Source: Takakia lepidozioides (taxonomy: Eukaryota > Plantae > Bryophyta). From it: a stretch of DNA of 64,000 nucleotides. Location: NCBI GenBank assembly GCA_030704615.1, contig CM060734.1, positions 45,260,001 through 45,324,000 on the forward strand, in the 5' to 3' direction. Position 1 is the first letter of the stretch. Each line of letters opens with the position of its first letter. The notes under the pieces were generated by a model. That model worked only from the letters and a program-made list of their open reading frames with translations, had not been told where the DNA came from and ran no database searches. The position numbers and the translations under genes are program-made. Positions 47,251 through 62,049 of the stretch are shown piece after piece.

Positions 47251-49429
47251 GCATATTAGGTGGATGAGATATCATTAATACGCATTGACTTTTGTGTGTG
47301 TGCATGGTGCATCATTATGATAAACTAATAAGACAAACAATTGTAGTGGTTAGGTGTCATTATAAGGTAGTTCATTCATTTGAATTGTTTGAATGCACTG
47401 CATTAAATATCCTGGTATGCACACAAGGATGACTGGCGAGAGCCGGTCATTTTTGGATTTTTGATCGGTTGTTCAAGGTTCAACAAGTTTCGTGCAAAGA
47501 TCCCACAATATAAGATGCGTTTTAAAGTATCTTTCATTGCTAGATACGCTCCTAGTGGCAAGGTTTAAGGGAGACTTTAGCACTTCCACTTATATGTTAT
47601 GTTCACGGAGGGCATGTATGTCAAATACCCCAAAAATGATGTCGTTGGATTTTCAGTAAATATGTAGAGCAGTTTCATTCGGGCCCTGATTCTAGAGTGG
47701 TCCAGGAATTACTGTGGCCCATGAATTAGAGTGGGGCGCCTACGTAGGAAGGCCACATGTATTAAGGAATGGGATGAGGGGTCCAAAAAAAAAAGGGAGG
47801 AATTGGCTAAATTTAGAATAGGGTGTCTTGTAGGGTTGACATGTGTCGAGGGCCTTCTAGAAGGGTCCTAGGTCGGTGGGCTTCTAGAAGGGTCCTACCG
47901 CCCTGAGAGGCTATATAAGGGAACACCCCTCTTACTACCTACTAACTTACTACCTATTAAATTAGCAAATAGTGGGCTCCGCAAAGGCTGGGCCACCAAA
48001 ACAAAACAGCAAACATGAATCAATTAATTAATAGAGTTAAGAAAATATGTCAAACAGTTTCATATCTCCAATAAGTATATTACCACTCAAAATCAATATT
48101 TCATTTAACGTCGTCGGCCACGGTTGCTACCTGAGTCCGGCACAGCGATTTGGTGTACTCATAGAATCTGATCAAAAAATTCAGGTGGAATGAAATTTGA
48201 CTCACGTGCGGGTGTTTGCGAAATTGATGGGAAAGTTTTTGGCATAGGCGAGCATAAGCAACACGATCACAAAGCATAGACAACCCATGACTAAGCATAA
48301 GGAATCATGAGGATGCGGAATTATTGTATGTTAGATGAGCATTTGGAAGGGCGGGACTATTGTCCAACTAAGTTCAAGCTACGAAAGATGACTCGGCAAA
48401 AATAATTGACCAACGAAATTCTCTTAGAGACAGAGGAGTCCGGCCGGCATCACTTCACCTTGCGGCTACTGCCCCCTGTCGGGGGTGGCATCTATGGGCT
48501 CTCTTAGTTGGGGTGAAAATATTTTGCATTGGAACCCTTCCCACAATCTTCCAAAGCAGTTCTTCAATTCATCTGAAAGAGGGATTACACGTTGACTGGT
48601 CCTTGACATTGTCGCAATGACCTTGTCCCCTTCACAAACGTCATCATTCGGCCCCACTTTTGCGTAGCAGGCGAATGGAACTAAAAATCATCTTAGTATT
48701 ATTAGTTAATTTGAACATCTAACAAATTTAAAGCACAATCCATCTTTCGAGCGGTTATGAGTTCAAATTGTCACCCTTTATAACAGGGAGGTTGCTGGGT
48801 CATTTGCCTTCTAAATAGAAGCCCTTCATATGAAATGACACCTTGTTTTTGTTTTTGCAAGAATCAATAGTTTTTGGATAATTTAGATTATAGATTAGTG
48901 TGAGAGAGGACGCTAACATAACTAAGAGCCTATTGGCCGTGTGGCGCTAGAGCTCTATAGACTAGTAATCAAATATAATAGTAGTCTAGTTATAGTAAGC
49001 CAATCCAATAACTGGTGTATGTGTAAACCTCCATATGATGATTATTAAAATATAAATTAATTTTTTCAAGGAAATTTTTTATATTTTTAAACTATTTTGT
49101 AAGGATAAAGTTTTTTAGTATCATAGAGAAGTATTATCTTTACACAATATTTGTCTGAACATCAAGACCCACTTGTAGTACGAGAATAGTAGATAGAGAT
49201 AACTGAAGTTGATCATGCAATTATTATAATTTTATAAGAAAACAAGCGGCTAGTCGCATAATGGCTCCACCCTCAAGCATTATACATCCTATATTGCCAG
49301 TGAATGATGATATTTAACAACATGGTTTGGTAGTTTGAAAGCTATATATATATATATATATATATTTGTGATATGTTCAGTATGCCTATGTAACTCCTAA
49401 CGGTTAGGTGTATTTGTCCAAATATGATC

Positions 49430-50542
49430 CAACTGTGAACCATGTAGTAATTTTCATGAATTGAAGTGTCATATTAAACATCCTCAAGAATTGTACCAGT
49501 TATTTTGACATGGTTGAATCGTTTTGCAATATATTTATATTGAAATCCCCTATAATAATGGTGGGACAAAAATGTGGTATTTTATCAAGAATTGCTTGCA
49601 GCTGAGACAAAAATATAGATATCGAAAGTGATGGAGGTTTGTAAATAGTAACTATATGAATAGCTGTCTTGTATTGGTCAATAACTTCAAAAATATATAC
49701 AGATCCTTTAATTTGCTCGAATGCTTTGTGATTACAAATTAACATATTTTTGTTGCTATAATATGGGATTTTTGTCGAGGTTATGTATTATGTTTGTTTA
49801 TAATATTATCTGCTACATATTCAATAAGACTCAAGTGATTTAATATAGTTGGACAATCAATATATTTGTCAATGTTTAATATCTATGGATTCGAGTGGAA
49901 GACTTCGCAAATCTTTATCGGGTTTCACTACAACACATTCTCGCGGAGATGATGTATATATGAATTTGAAAGTTCTTGATGCGTGATATAGTGGTATGGA
50001 TAGCGCAATATATGCAACTAATTGAGCCGACATCTGTTGTGCATTTAAGAAAAAAAATTCTCATTTTACAGATTCTGACGTTTGGATCAATTTATTCTGA
50101 ATTATATTTTTATATGATTGTGAAAAATTCATTAGTGATAATTTTATCTATTTTAGTTAAATAAGACGTACAATAACTAGTTGTTGCATACGGACTAAGA
50201 ATATATTGTGCATCAATATTAGTTTATCACAGTGGACCCACATATATACCGAATGCGTTTGTGCAAATGTCTTTACATGCTCTTTTTAAAAATAAGGTTC
50301 GTTTGTGTAATTTACTATGTAAAGCAGCTATGTATGTCTTTTCATCAATATGTAACAATGAAAGAAACCCATGAAATGTAATATCTGAACCCATATCTAT
50401 TTTGTCCAATTCAGTTTGTATTAGTTGATATTTGGTTCAAATGCATTAATTGTTGTTTGTTCAATTGTTCCGTGAAAGGTTCCAAAATTGTAGTAGACTT
50501 CATTGGGGGCAATAATGAACATTGAAAACGACATATAACTTG

Positions 50543-50573
<31 letters not shown>

Positions 50574-53500
50574 TTCTACTCATTCGTTTATGTTGACGGG
50601 TTTGAGCTTCACGTAGAATGGGTGGAAGAATATTACTATCCGATGTTATATATTTATCTATAAAATAATCAATTACACCATTTTTATCTACTCTGTAAAT
50701 TGGTGCATTAGCTATCCATAACCTACTATGATCATTGATCATGCTCACTGCCTCGGCTTTGAAATTTTGTTACAATGAAGAAATTACGGAGTGGTCAGAA
50801 AACTGTATGATTTTTTTATACATAGATGTCTAAATGCACTCATTTGATGATCGTACTATTGAGCACATGTAACAGGATCTGATCTCACCAATTCAACAAC
50901 GTGTTTATTTTTGAAACTTTGAATGTCATTTGGAATTCCCAATTTCTTATGATTGAGCGAATGGATGGTTTGCAGTAAAGATGTCCATTTAGTTTCTGCA
51001 CTTGTAAATGTAACAAAAAAAATTAGTGGTCATAGTTGTCGAATCGTTGCAAAATTCAAATGTTTCTTTCCGGAGATGAGCAAAATAATCTGGCAATGTT
51101 CGTAATCTTTCCAAATCCCCATAGCCTAAATCCGAGCACAATCTAAATTGAAATCTAAATTTGGTTTTTCAATAAGTTCACCCGCTTTCAATTGTCTACC
51201 AAGAAGTATAACTTTACGAATACGAATCCATGAAGATTATGTAACGCCATGAATTAATACTTTGATAGCTTTTTTTTAATAAATTGAAATATGTCTAAGA
51301 AAATTTGATTCTTCACTATGAATATCTTGGAAAAGACCCAATGGTTTAAAGTCTTAAAAATGAGCTATTGTTAGTATACCACCATGAAATACTTGGATTT
51401 GATCCGAACTAAGGATAATTTGTACTATAGTATCACTAGTAGTATTTTTGACAATTTTCTCAAACTCACCTTGAGATATTTCATTAGATTATTGTAATGG
51501 TTCATTGATATCTATGCAATTTATTCTATTTGATGGGAGATTGCAAATAAGGTAGAAACATCTAAAATGGACCATTTAAGAAATGTGTGCAGTTTCAAGC
51601 ATGTAGTGTCGTCATATATATATCTGATGTGGGCACAAAAAAATGAAATTTAATGCAAAAATAAGTTTGAGGACTTTTTGGATGATAGCTAGTTTGGGGC
51701 AGATTGATAATCCGAATTATTTTGAAATATTGGTGAATATTCAATGTGAAATCATAGAATAATCCTTGAATGGACCAATAGGGGATACTATTTTGAATAG
51801 CAAGTGTATTGTGTCTAGAGCCAAATGTGCCCAAAAAGTATGCGTCATCTTTCACTTTACTGTTTAAACAAGTAGTAACATGGACCATATCATTCAACTA
51901 ACTCAATCATGGATCGTTGATCTAGATGAAACTCAATCATGATCATTGATCACGAAATGTGATCACCTCTCCTGCATGTTTGGATTCATTCTTCTTGTCT
52001 CGAATTATTCATGACTTGATACTTCTCTCAAAGTGCGCGCCGGTGGTTATTAAAAATAGTCCATTAAGTGTGTCATCATGATCATGTATGAGTTAAAAGG
52101 GTTCATTGCAGTTACCTAATCTAGACCAATTGTGATCAAAGTACCTTTTAGAGATAGCATATGAATAGTTTTATGTATTTTTTTAGTGTCCGTTTAAGGT
52201 CGCGCTCATATTTGGGTGTTTCTACCTTAATCATAACCATTGTGGTCAAATGGTAATATTAACTTATATGTATAATGGAGTAGTAGTAAGATCATGTAAA
52301 GCCAACATAATAAAATTGGGACTGACAGTTTTTGATAAATATGGAGATTTATATTCTAGACGAAATTTCAAAAGTAGTCCAATGGTAGTATTGTCATTCG
52401 ACATGCGAGATAAAACTGATTATGTATTACTAACACTTGACGGAACATTTACAATGTTATCACATATACTATATTGGACATAACCTTGCAATTGATGTAT
52501 TCGGGCAAATGCCATACGCTATGCAATTGATCTTTCCTCAAGCGCATTGAGGTTTTGAACATTATTAATAGGAGTATTTAGATGAATTATGTTAAGCACT
52601 ATATATTTAGGAGATTAATTGTGGTCAAGCATTAATTTACAACTTTGATATATAAACATTTGTCCATGATTTCCTTATATTGTTATAATAAAAATATACA
52701 CAGCTAATTTTTTTAACAAAATTTGTTGTGAGTGTAACAATTTGTTTTCTAAAACATAGTGGATGACAACACATACATATGGATGCACCAGTGTATCAGA
52801 CAATTTTTCCATGTATTTACTGCGATGAGTAGAGTTGACATGAATTTTATGAATTGGATTATCGTTGGAATAATGCAATGAATGAAGATGTATTGCTTGG
52901 ACTGAACTGGAGATCCAATGTGCGATGTATTTTAATTTGTTATTTTTTATTAATTCGCTATAAATTTGAGTAAATGTGAGATTCAAAATTGCATAATGAC
53001 GGGAGAAGATATGCATTATGCAGTCTTCGAGAGTGGACGACGGAAACTTGACCATTAAATTGAACATATGTTCATCACGAGTTGGTAGCCATGGAAAACG
53101 ATATGCTTTCGGGGTTGCATTGTTTTCATTCAAAATAATGTCATTTTGTTGTCGACTCCTTTTTTTAGTGACATGTTGAGATATCAAAGAATGTTTGTAT
53201 TGATGTTTCAAATCCTGAAATTGAAAGAGAGTAAGAATTTGAAATCGACGTTAAAGGCATAACATTCGAAGTACAATGAGTTGTTTTAAAAACAACAGGT
53301 TCAAAGTGCTCACTGTTGGTAACGTGTTTATCTTCACAAAGTAGTTGGAGAGGGGTACGCACGACAAATTGATCACCCACATAAAATATTATTATTTTAT
53401 TTACTCGAGACCATAACTAAATTGGTCTTTGTAAATAATTTGCTAAACAAAGAACGACACGATTATCACAATCCAAATCTCCGTAAACAACACTATTGGA

Positions 53501-53800
53501 CATTTTTTGAGCAAATGCATCCATTGTGTGAACATCATGTAGCTCATAGAGGGTTTTCGAAGAAAAGTGGATTTGAATCATTTCAGCCACTTCATCAATA
53601 GGCGAATATAAAGTTTGTAGATTATGTTTCATGCTTTGACGACGTGTTTTTTGACCCAGTGGTTTTTGCTAAATTCTGGAGGTCGGAGTTTTGCTCCAAA
53701 TTATATGTTTTCAATGCAGGGGTGTGGGCCATGCTGTCAGCAATGTTTTTGCTTCAAGAACCATGTCATTTGGATAAACTCTCAAAATGATATGCCCATT
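49430..53800 (-). mobile_element. Highly degenerate Helitron with Rep and APE-like endonuclease remnants (Helentron-like)
   Basis: Minus-strand Rep motifs FFVTFTSAETKW (~51000), SDPVTC (~50870), FQSRGSEH.H..LW..NAP (~50700-50780) and FIDKYIT; endonuclease-like IYKPPS...IIGDFN (49500-49745). Many stops; helicase motifs not found. Confidence 0.7.
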
Positions 53801-55249
53801 TTTCTTATATTTCAAAACCAAATTCAGGTCGCTGAGGAAGTTAAGGGTTAAGAGAACAAATTAGATATATAATTCGGGTTGTAAATAACTGAATTAAGGT
53901 TCAAATTTTATTATAACATAAGTAATATTATTGGAGATACTTGGCCGGATTAGATATAGTTTTGAAAATTTCATAATAGTTAAAAATACCAATTTACAAC
54001 ATTTTTAGTAAAGAGTCCCCCCAAATATTGAAGACATTGTTTACTAGACATTTTAATCTGACGTCGAAATTTAGAGTTTACAACCACTTGTCCAGATACC
54101 ACCTGGCCATTGTAGATTGTTGGTTTGTATGTTTTTTGGTAAAAGATGACACCTCAAAAACCCAAAACAAAATATGTTATGGACAATTTATTTTTTAGAT
54201 GTAAAATAGTCTATAACTCTCGATTCTTAAGGTAACTAATCCATATAAAAGTGGATTTGGGTTGGTTTTAGAAATGATACCCCTAATATGTTTTCATTTG
54301 TGCCATTATATGAGTGTGGATGATGTTTTTTTAGTCCATATAATTTTATGTGTAACATCTGCAGTCCATAGTAATCAACTTTAAAAGTCCATAGTTCTCT
54401 GGTACATAATTGTTTTTGCAATCTAACAGTTGGTACACATACCTATTGTAGTTAGAAACCTATCACATATAAATTTAGATGAAATATTGAGTTGTTGGAC
54501 AAATATGGGTAAAAGCATGGAGGGAGGTCACTGCAGAAACTGCATATTACGCAGTTTTTGATCCACCCATCTCGTACTGCCATCATGCGGGTTTGCTGAG
54601 TGTTTCGGCGCATTTGTGGGCATTTGCACGAATGGGTGGACCAAAAACGACAGATGTTCAGTCCATGGAAGGCCATAGAAATTTTTTTTTAGCCAATTTT
54701 GTTAGTTTATTTTTAGAAAAATAGATAGTAGTATACGAATTTAGAGTTGTTGAACAATATTATGCTATAACAAAATACTAATAGTAAAATATATATTTGG
54801 ATGAATGAAACGATTCTCCCATATTTGTATAGATTTTATATTTCATAGATATTGTACTAGCTAAATGTAAACTGAAAAATTAACTGAGATTTCTGTAAGA
54901 CTGGCTGAAAATTATCTATGAACTAAAAAGCTGAAGTTTGTAAAACTTGAAACGAAATTCTATAAATTTGAAAGAGAAAAATAATGAATACATATGAATG
55001 ACAACTTGCACAACGTTGTCAAAATAGTCATGTATTGCAACCAAAAATCACGCACAACTCACAGAAATAAAAAAACTAAAATCCAAACATATTGTGTCGG
55101 CTATAATGTCATGCGAAGAATTACTTTGACAAAGTAGAGATACCGAGGAAAAATGCTTCACATACGAAGCAGCTGCATCAAATCAAAGAGCATATAGATG
55201 TAGGAAGTCCAAATAAATCCGAGCAAATCCGAGCTACCCTCATATTTAT

Positions 55250-56070
55250 GTTTGTTTGTAGACTCAATTTTATGTGACGTTTAAGGAAAAATATCCAGAC
55301 ATTGAGGTGGGGCAGATGATTTTTGACTTCTTAAAACCCTTATATGTGAAGAGATTGAAGGACACATTGATGTGCTGTTGCATTTATTATGTAGAGATGG
55401 TGTATCTTACGGAAGCTATCAACTCTATGAGACATATAAATTATCCACCATTCATAACCCATTATGTGGGTGTGATTGTCATGAGATTTGTAGGTCAAGA
55501 GATCCATTTGTTAATGGTGGTTGCAATACCCATGATCATGTTATCCATTCCATAAGAGAGTTTTGTGAGTTTGTTTTATGCCCAAAGTTTGTCAATGGTG
55601 AATGACATAAGTTTGATTGCGTGATGGGGAGATATTTGGAATGTAGAGCTCATAAGTTACCAATGTGTCCGCTTGAAGAATTGTCGATAACACCTTTGTA
55701 GTATGAGGGGCTAAGGCGACGACATTCCTGATTTTAGCATGGTTAGATGCAGACGCTTTGAAAGAGAAATCATTGGATTTGATGAGAAATGAGATGTAAA
55801 AAAAGAATGAAGTTGAAATTTGTCGAGAGCCCTGCCCCCATTGTGGTCTCCTACTTGAAAGATAAGTTGAGAAAGTTTGTGAAACACAATTTTACTGCAT
55901 AGTGGCAAGACAAGCAATTCAGAGAATGTTTGAGAAGTTTGCTTGCAGATATGGTGATGTCACTTATTGACTTCGCCGAGAATTTCAGCTTCAAAGAGCA
56001 AAATGATATACAATCTATGCATTGGTATTATGATCTAATGACAATCCTCGTGCATATAATCTATTATCAT
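55250..56070 (+). mobile_element. Degenerate DNA-transposase remnant (Sola-like)
   Basis: F..LKP.YVK....CCC..H/Y and IDFAENFSFKEQNDIQSMHW motifs over broken frames. Confidence 0.5.
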
Positions 56071-57512
56071 GCATTGGAAAGTGGTACAAATGACGACTTT
56101 CTATCTCTTTCCCACATTCTCTCCTTCCCACATTGAAGACAATTTTCACTGTTCTCCATGTGAACATAGAGACAAAATAGATGGAAGGTGTGACTGCAAG
56201 ATGCCACCCATATATCCAATATCTCGTTGTCAAAACCTCTCTTACAAACAGGGCAAGGAACAATTTCAATTACCTTCAATGACGGACTCTTAGGATGTGT
56301 AATAGGCTTAGGTCTACCCACCATACTCTCCCCTGTTTCCAATCTCTCATATACTCTTCCACATAAGTCACATGGAGTTTCAGACCTGTAAGTTGCAATT
56401 TGGCTCTCTCAAGAACCTCAAGAGCCAACCGATGCTCATTCTCTGCCCTCATTAAATTCATGATACACTTCTCAACAGTTTAATCATACGTTTTTTTCAG
56501 AACCAATAGGACTCTCTTCTCTTCATTGAGTGTTTCCAAAACATCATTGACATTGTGCAGCTTGTTCTGTAATGCTTTCATCATAAGGTTTGATTCTGAA
56601 CATGTGACTGTCACTTCATCATTTGAGTATCCTGCAGCCTGAAGGTCTTCATGACGACTTTCTATTAGGGAAATGGTGGTATACAGCCTCCATTTGGTCT
56701 CCATCTCCCTATTTATGGCTGAAGTATTAATATCTCGAGTAACTTCACCCAACATGAAACGCCTATCCTCTAGGCTAGATTGCAAATGCGCTACAAATTT
56801 TGTAGCAGAATCGACTTCCAGCTGTTTGACAGCCACGACCTTGGCTAACTCCTGCTCTTCCTATTTCATTCCTTCTAACAGTGCCCCAATGTCCCACAAC
56901 TCCTTATTCCTCAGCTCACTTTGTCTAATTAACTACTTGTTACTCAAGTTTCTTCATTTCAAAATGTTGGAGAGCACTATCAAGCTTCAACAAACTTGTT
57001 TTCCGACCTTTACCCTTACATTTTAAAGCAGGTGCTGCCTCAAAATCGACTGGGGAGTAATGCGTTGTATCCAACCGGGAGCAGATGCTCTATACCTGCA
57101 GTTCGCATGAGGGAAATCACACATGCTCGATGTTGATTGCTCATACTGGGCTCTGACTTCACACCAAAAGCTATCGCAGCTGAGTGATAGGTAGATTCTG
57201 AAGCAAACTCAGCCCAGTCGATTTTTTTGCCGTGCTTATGAAGTGTAAAGCGTAAAACATCCCCACTCATTACACTGTTAGGTACTTTTGAACTTTGTTA
57301 CTAGTTTTTATCTCCCCAATGTCTTTCAAGCTCATTCTGTAGATTATTTGTCCAAAGCTTCTATCCTCCTGAACTGAATCAAGACCCTCATTTGAAAGCT
57401 TCACCCAATCAGAAAAGAACACCTTGGACAGATATAGAATGCTGAGATCTCGTTTTCTATCCTTGTTTTTCACTCCCCGCCTATATTCATGCCCACTTTT
57501 CGACTCATGCAA
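56067..57512 (-). pseudogene. Fragmented coiled-coil + RING-H2 ORF, probably TE-carried
   Basis: Consecutive minus-strand ORF pieces ending in CPVC-x15-CSHTFHLFC-x10-CLQC. Confidence 0.5.
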
Positions 57513-59331
57513 GCTAGTAAGTTAGTCAATTCCATCGCTTAGTGCCAGCAACTATATTTATCAAGCTCTAAGATCCTAAAGATGCAAATGCAGACTCTTA
57601 ACGGGACCACTACAAACGAGGCCGAAAGAGAGACGAAGCGAAAGATTCAGATGTCATGTCAGACGACGTTGCACTAAAAGAAAAATTGTATGCATGGATT
57701 GCGGGTAGGGCAAATGGAGGAATGTCATGTTGGCTGCACAATATAATTCATCCAATGAGATCGCAACATGCAGACTTTTTTGAAATTTTCATCCATATAC
57801 CATACTTTTTTCATCCTTATGTATACTTTCATAAAATTTTGATATTTTTTCCTTTCTCAACAGTACTTTGGATGCTGTATAAACATGCTTCAAGTGATTT
57901 TATACCCTATGCACTTGAAATAACATAGTTTGAGTAATACAAGTGAGTTTGAGAGAAACAGTAATGCACCTTTATATTGTGGAGTCGTGCTATTTTTATG
58001 ACGTTATTTGATAGAGAATAGTTATGAATGTGGCAAAGAAAGAAGACACATCACCGTCGTTGGAGCAAATTAAAGGTAGAGCTGGAAGCTGTTGAACATA
58101 ACTTAAGTGCGTCGAACGCCATAAAAGCCATAAACGAAGAAGCGAAGAAAAGAGAGCTACAAATGACAACCCTAAAATAAAAGAGTACCTAAAATAATAG
58201 TTTAGGACTTTAAAAAAAAAAAAAAATTGGACCCAAGACCTCATATGTATTGTCTTTCGGATAAGTCGTCTAACCAATAAGTCAAATAACATGACAAACT
58301 TTTGTGTACAACTTGTTTTTTTTTGTTTTTTTTTTCCTTAAACTTTACGACACGTGTCCTTTCAACCAAAATAGAATAAAAAACAGATGTTTTCGTTTGT
58401 TTTTGGGTCATTTCTGCCACCCGTTTATATTTCATCCCCCTCCGTGGTCACCTTGTCATCTTCCTCCATTGCCACATTTTTCATTTTAATTGAACTTTTT
58501 CATTAAAGACACTAATTTCTGTAAAGACGAATAACAAAGGTTCGGTCCCAAAACCTTTGTCATCCCAAATCAATGTTCTATACTATCAAATCCATGCTTA
58601 TTGAACATCATTGAATACTAGAATGTATATATTATAACGTTTATTCCACTAATTTCAAATTCTATTTTATTGTATGGTATTCATACTTGGACTTTTTTCC
58701 CCATTTTACAAGTCCTATTCATTTAGCAAAGTTTCAATATCCGCAAGCTTTGGGTGCATGCTTTTCATCACTCCACTTCACATGATGTACCATCAAGCTA
58801 ATTATATAATATTTTAAAAATATAGAACTATAAATTATAACTCCAATGTACTGCATAATCTTTTAAACTTTACCATGACATTGACATGTACTGCGTCTTT
58901 TTCATGAAACTAGTGCTTTTATGCTTGCATTTGACATCATCATATTCATTACATTAACAACTTTGGTATCATATATACTATGCACTAATGGAGGTACATC
59001 TTCCACATTTGGTGTTATCTAGTGTATAAGGTACATTAGGATCTTCACTCTTAATTTCAGCACTGGTGCGTGGTCTCCTCTTGAGGGAAGAGCCAATAAA
59101 TAAAAAATAGATTTGCTGAAGCATACATAACTTATGGTGTCGCTTGATTCCAAAAAGGCTATTGCTTTCCGACGTGAAAGTAAAAACTTCTATGACATCC
59201 AACACACTTATGTGGTTTTAATCCCACAAGCATTAGTGAAATGATGTATGTCCTAACCAATAGGTTCTCTAGTGATTCTCCATACAATTGTTATTATCTT
59301 TGTTAATTCTCGCATGGTGTAAAAAGGCCAG

Positions 59332-59364
59332 CCCCCCCCCCCCCCCCCCCCCCCCCCCACCCCC
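59332..59364. repeat. Poly-C tract
   Basis: ~27 consecutive C followed by ACCCCC. Confidence 0.9.
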
Positions 59365-62049
59365 ACTCAATTTTTCTTTTAATTTCTTAAAATATTTAGA
59401 GACCGTCACTTCGAATTTATTTTTATTTTTTAGGAAAAAAACTTAGGACAACCCGGCGTAAGGGAGTGTCAGCCAACGCAGGCGTTGACATGGCGGTCCT
59501 GATTTTTTTAATGTTTAAAATTAATTGAGGACCGCCACAACGGCGGTCCGAATTAATTTCGAGACGTCAGGCCTGCTAACCACACGCTAGTCTAGTGTGA
59601 TCCACACACATGGTCAGAAATCTTTGCATTCTAATCACATTGATCTACTTATCTGTAAATGCTTCGAAAAAATGCATGTTATTTTCAATGGATCCGAATA
59701 ACATTTTAGACCTGAAAGAAGTTCCTCCTTTGGTAATGAGTAAGGCAGCCTAGGATTACCTTAAATACTAGCAGGTTATCTTAGGATGGAGGAGACATTA
59801 AAGAAACAGAATAGTAAAAAAAAACATAATGTAAAAAGACAAAATATTCCTAAAAAGCCGAGATGAACCAAAAACCGCTTCATCCGTTGGTCCCCGCTCG
59901 ACTGTTGTCATGGACCATGGAGCCTAGTCGCACTCACGACTAGACGCACTCACACACGGGACTGCCCCACCACTGTCTTCTGTAACTGCATGATAAGCTG
60001 AATCACTTTATGTGCTTTGCGGTCCTGGTTTGTAATTAATTGTTTGTCTCCCATCTCAATTTCTTGTGGGAGTTTTTAAAAAAAGTTTTACTCATAAGAC
60101 AATATTTGTCGTAGCTTTAAGGCCACTGAGCCCCCAAAACAGAAACTATATTTTTCGTAATAGACGATGGTACCTCCGTCAAATGTGCATGTGACATAGC
60201 ATGACTGGCTTACAAGCCAGATTAGAGATATGACATGCTCTATCTCGAGGGGTGAAGCCGATTACCATGTTCTCTCCGTCTCGTCGTGTAAGAATCTCTT
60301 GCATCGGGTTCAAATTCCGGCTTGGACATCTTGGTTTCCTACACAATGAACATAAAAGAAATAAAATATGTCAAGAATGCACGTCTATTGTGTTCCATAA
60401 TTCGCATGTAGATTTGATGTGTATGTGTGACATTTATAGGGTCAAATGATGGAGGGTCAAGAGCCTATGAAACAGGTTGTTCGCAATTAGGCTGACAGCT
60501 TGGTGGATGATAGTGCTTTAATCCGAAACAGAAGTAAAGCAACATATCAGCCTAGTCCCTCAAGAGATTTTAGCAGGGGATGAGCGGATCTGCATGCATT
60601 GCGAGAGAGCTTGAGTCTGGATCCCGCTCTGGTTCACCCGTTTTGTCATAGTCCGATCCAGAAATGATTGATGGCTTGATTGAAAAGACTCATGGAATTA
60701 ATAGGGCATCTCATGATAGACAACCTCATGTGACCGAAAAGTTGACAGAGTGATACAAGAAAGAGAGAATGAGCAAGAACGACAAGAGGGTAATATGGAT
60801 TCTGCACTTTTACCTGATCTTTCGTCACCGGCTGCTCATGTACCTCAAGCTGTACATTCAATCCCGATCAAGAGTCCTAGATTGTCATATGTAATTCTAG
60901 TCTAAACAAGGGTTGGTGGGACGTCCGGATTCCGGTTCTTGGTTTGTTTTCAGTTCTTGGCATTAGGAATCTGTTCATATTTTTAGGCAAAATTGACCTG
61001 ATCTAGTGGGTTTTTCGTGCAAGATTTCCATGCTAGTTCTTGTTGGTAGTAAGATTAGTAAAATCAGAGCCGTAGATTCTCAAGAATTAATTCTTGAAGT
61101 TGATGTTTTTTTTAATAGAATGGAGCATAGTATTACCCGCAAGTAAGAAAAACATGTCTATATTTATAACCACTATCTCTGTAGCTATCCAAAGTGGGTC
61201 TCATTTACGAGGCGCCTGTGCATAGTCTTATTATTTGAGTGTTCGTGTGGCTCACGAGAGTACGCATGATGCTAGTAGACCACTCGACATCGATACATCA
61301 GGCCTGATGTAGTGCCAGCTGTTGTTGATGCCCATCGCGTAGAATCGCATGGCGTTTGTAAGAGAGCCGTGACCACCACATCTAGCCCTCAGCTAGGTCT
61401 TCCACCTCGTCACATCTCACGTACGACAGATGCTTATAGTCCCAAAAGAGTCATTCCTACATTACCTCATTCTATGCGTACAGTTCTGCGTCCGGTGTTC
61501 AGAGAGATTGTATTAGGCGCTTGATGGTGTTTTAGCCAACACTGCTTATATAGAGCCGAAAGGTTGAGAGAGACAGACTCGATATGTAGAGAGATATGCG
61601 AGAGATACTGAGAAAGTGTTCGAACCTAGAGAGTTTGAGATATGACATCGAGAGACATGAACTTGAAATACAGAATCGAGAATTACAGAGAGAGCGAGAG
61701 GTTATGACTGAGGGACATAGACACCTAGATGACGATACATTGACGTTCCTTGACTTGCATTGAAGACCGTCATCTCCATCTCCAAAATTAAGAAAGAAAT
61801 ACACGGTTGAAACACATAATATGAGAATATTAAATTGATCACCAAACAACATATAAGTATTACAATAATCATTTACAATACAATACATATTTGTCATTAC
61901 AAACATTATTGTGATTGGAATGAATATATATGCAAATAATATGTACTCATTGATATAAAATCATCCAAAACCAAGCTTAACTTGATGTATTGCGCTCTTA
62001 TCTCCATGTCAAGGCACATACGATCCCACTCTGCAGTCTATATGTGACC

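Noticed and set aside
57600-62000. Short ORFs in the AT-rich distal region as genes
   Set aside because: No recognisable domains or consistent exon structure; probably TE debris.
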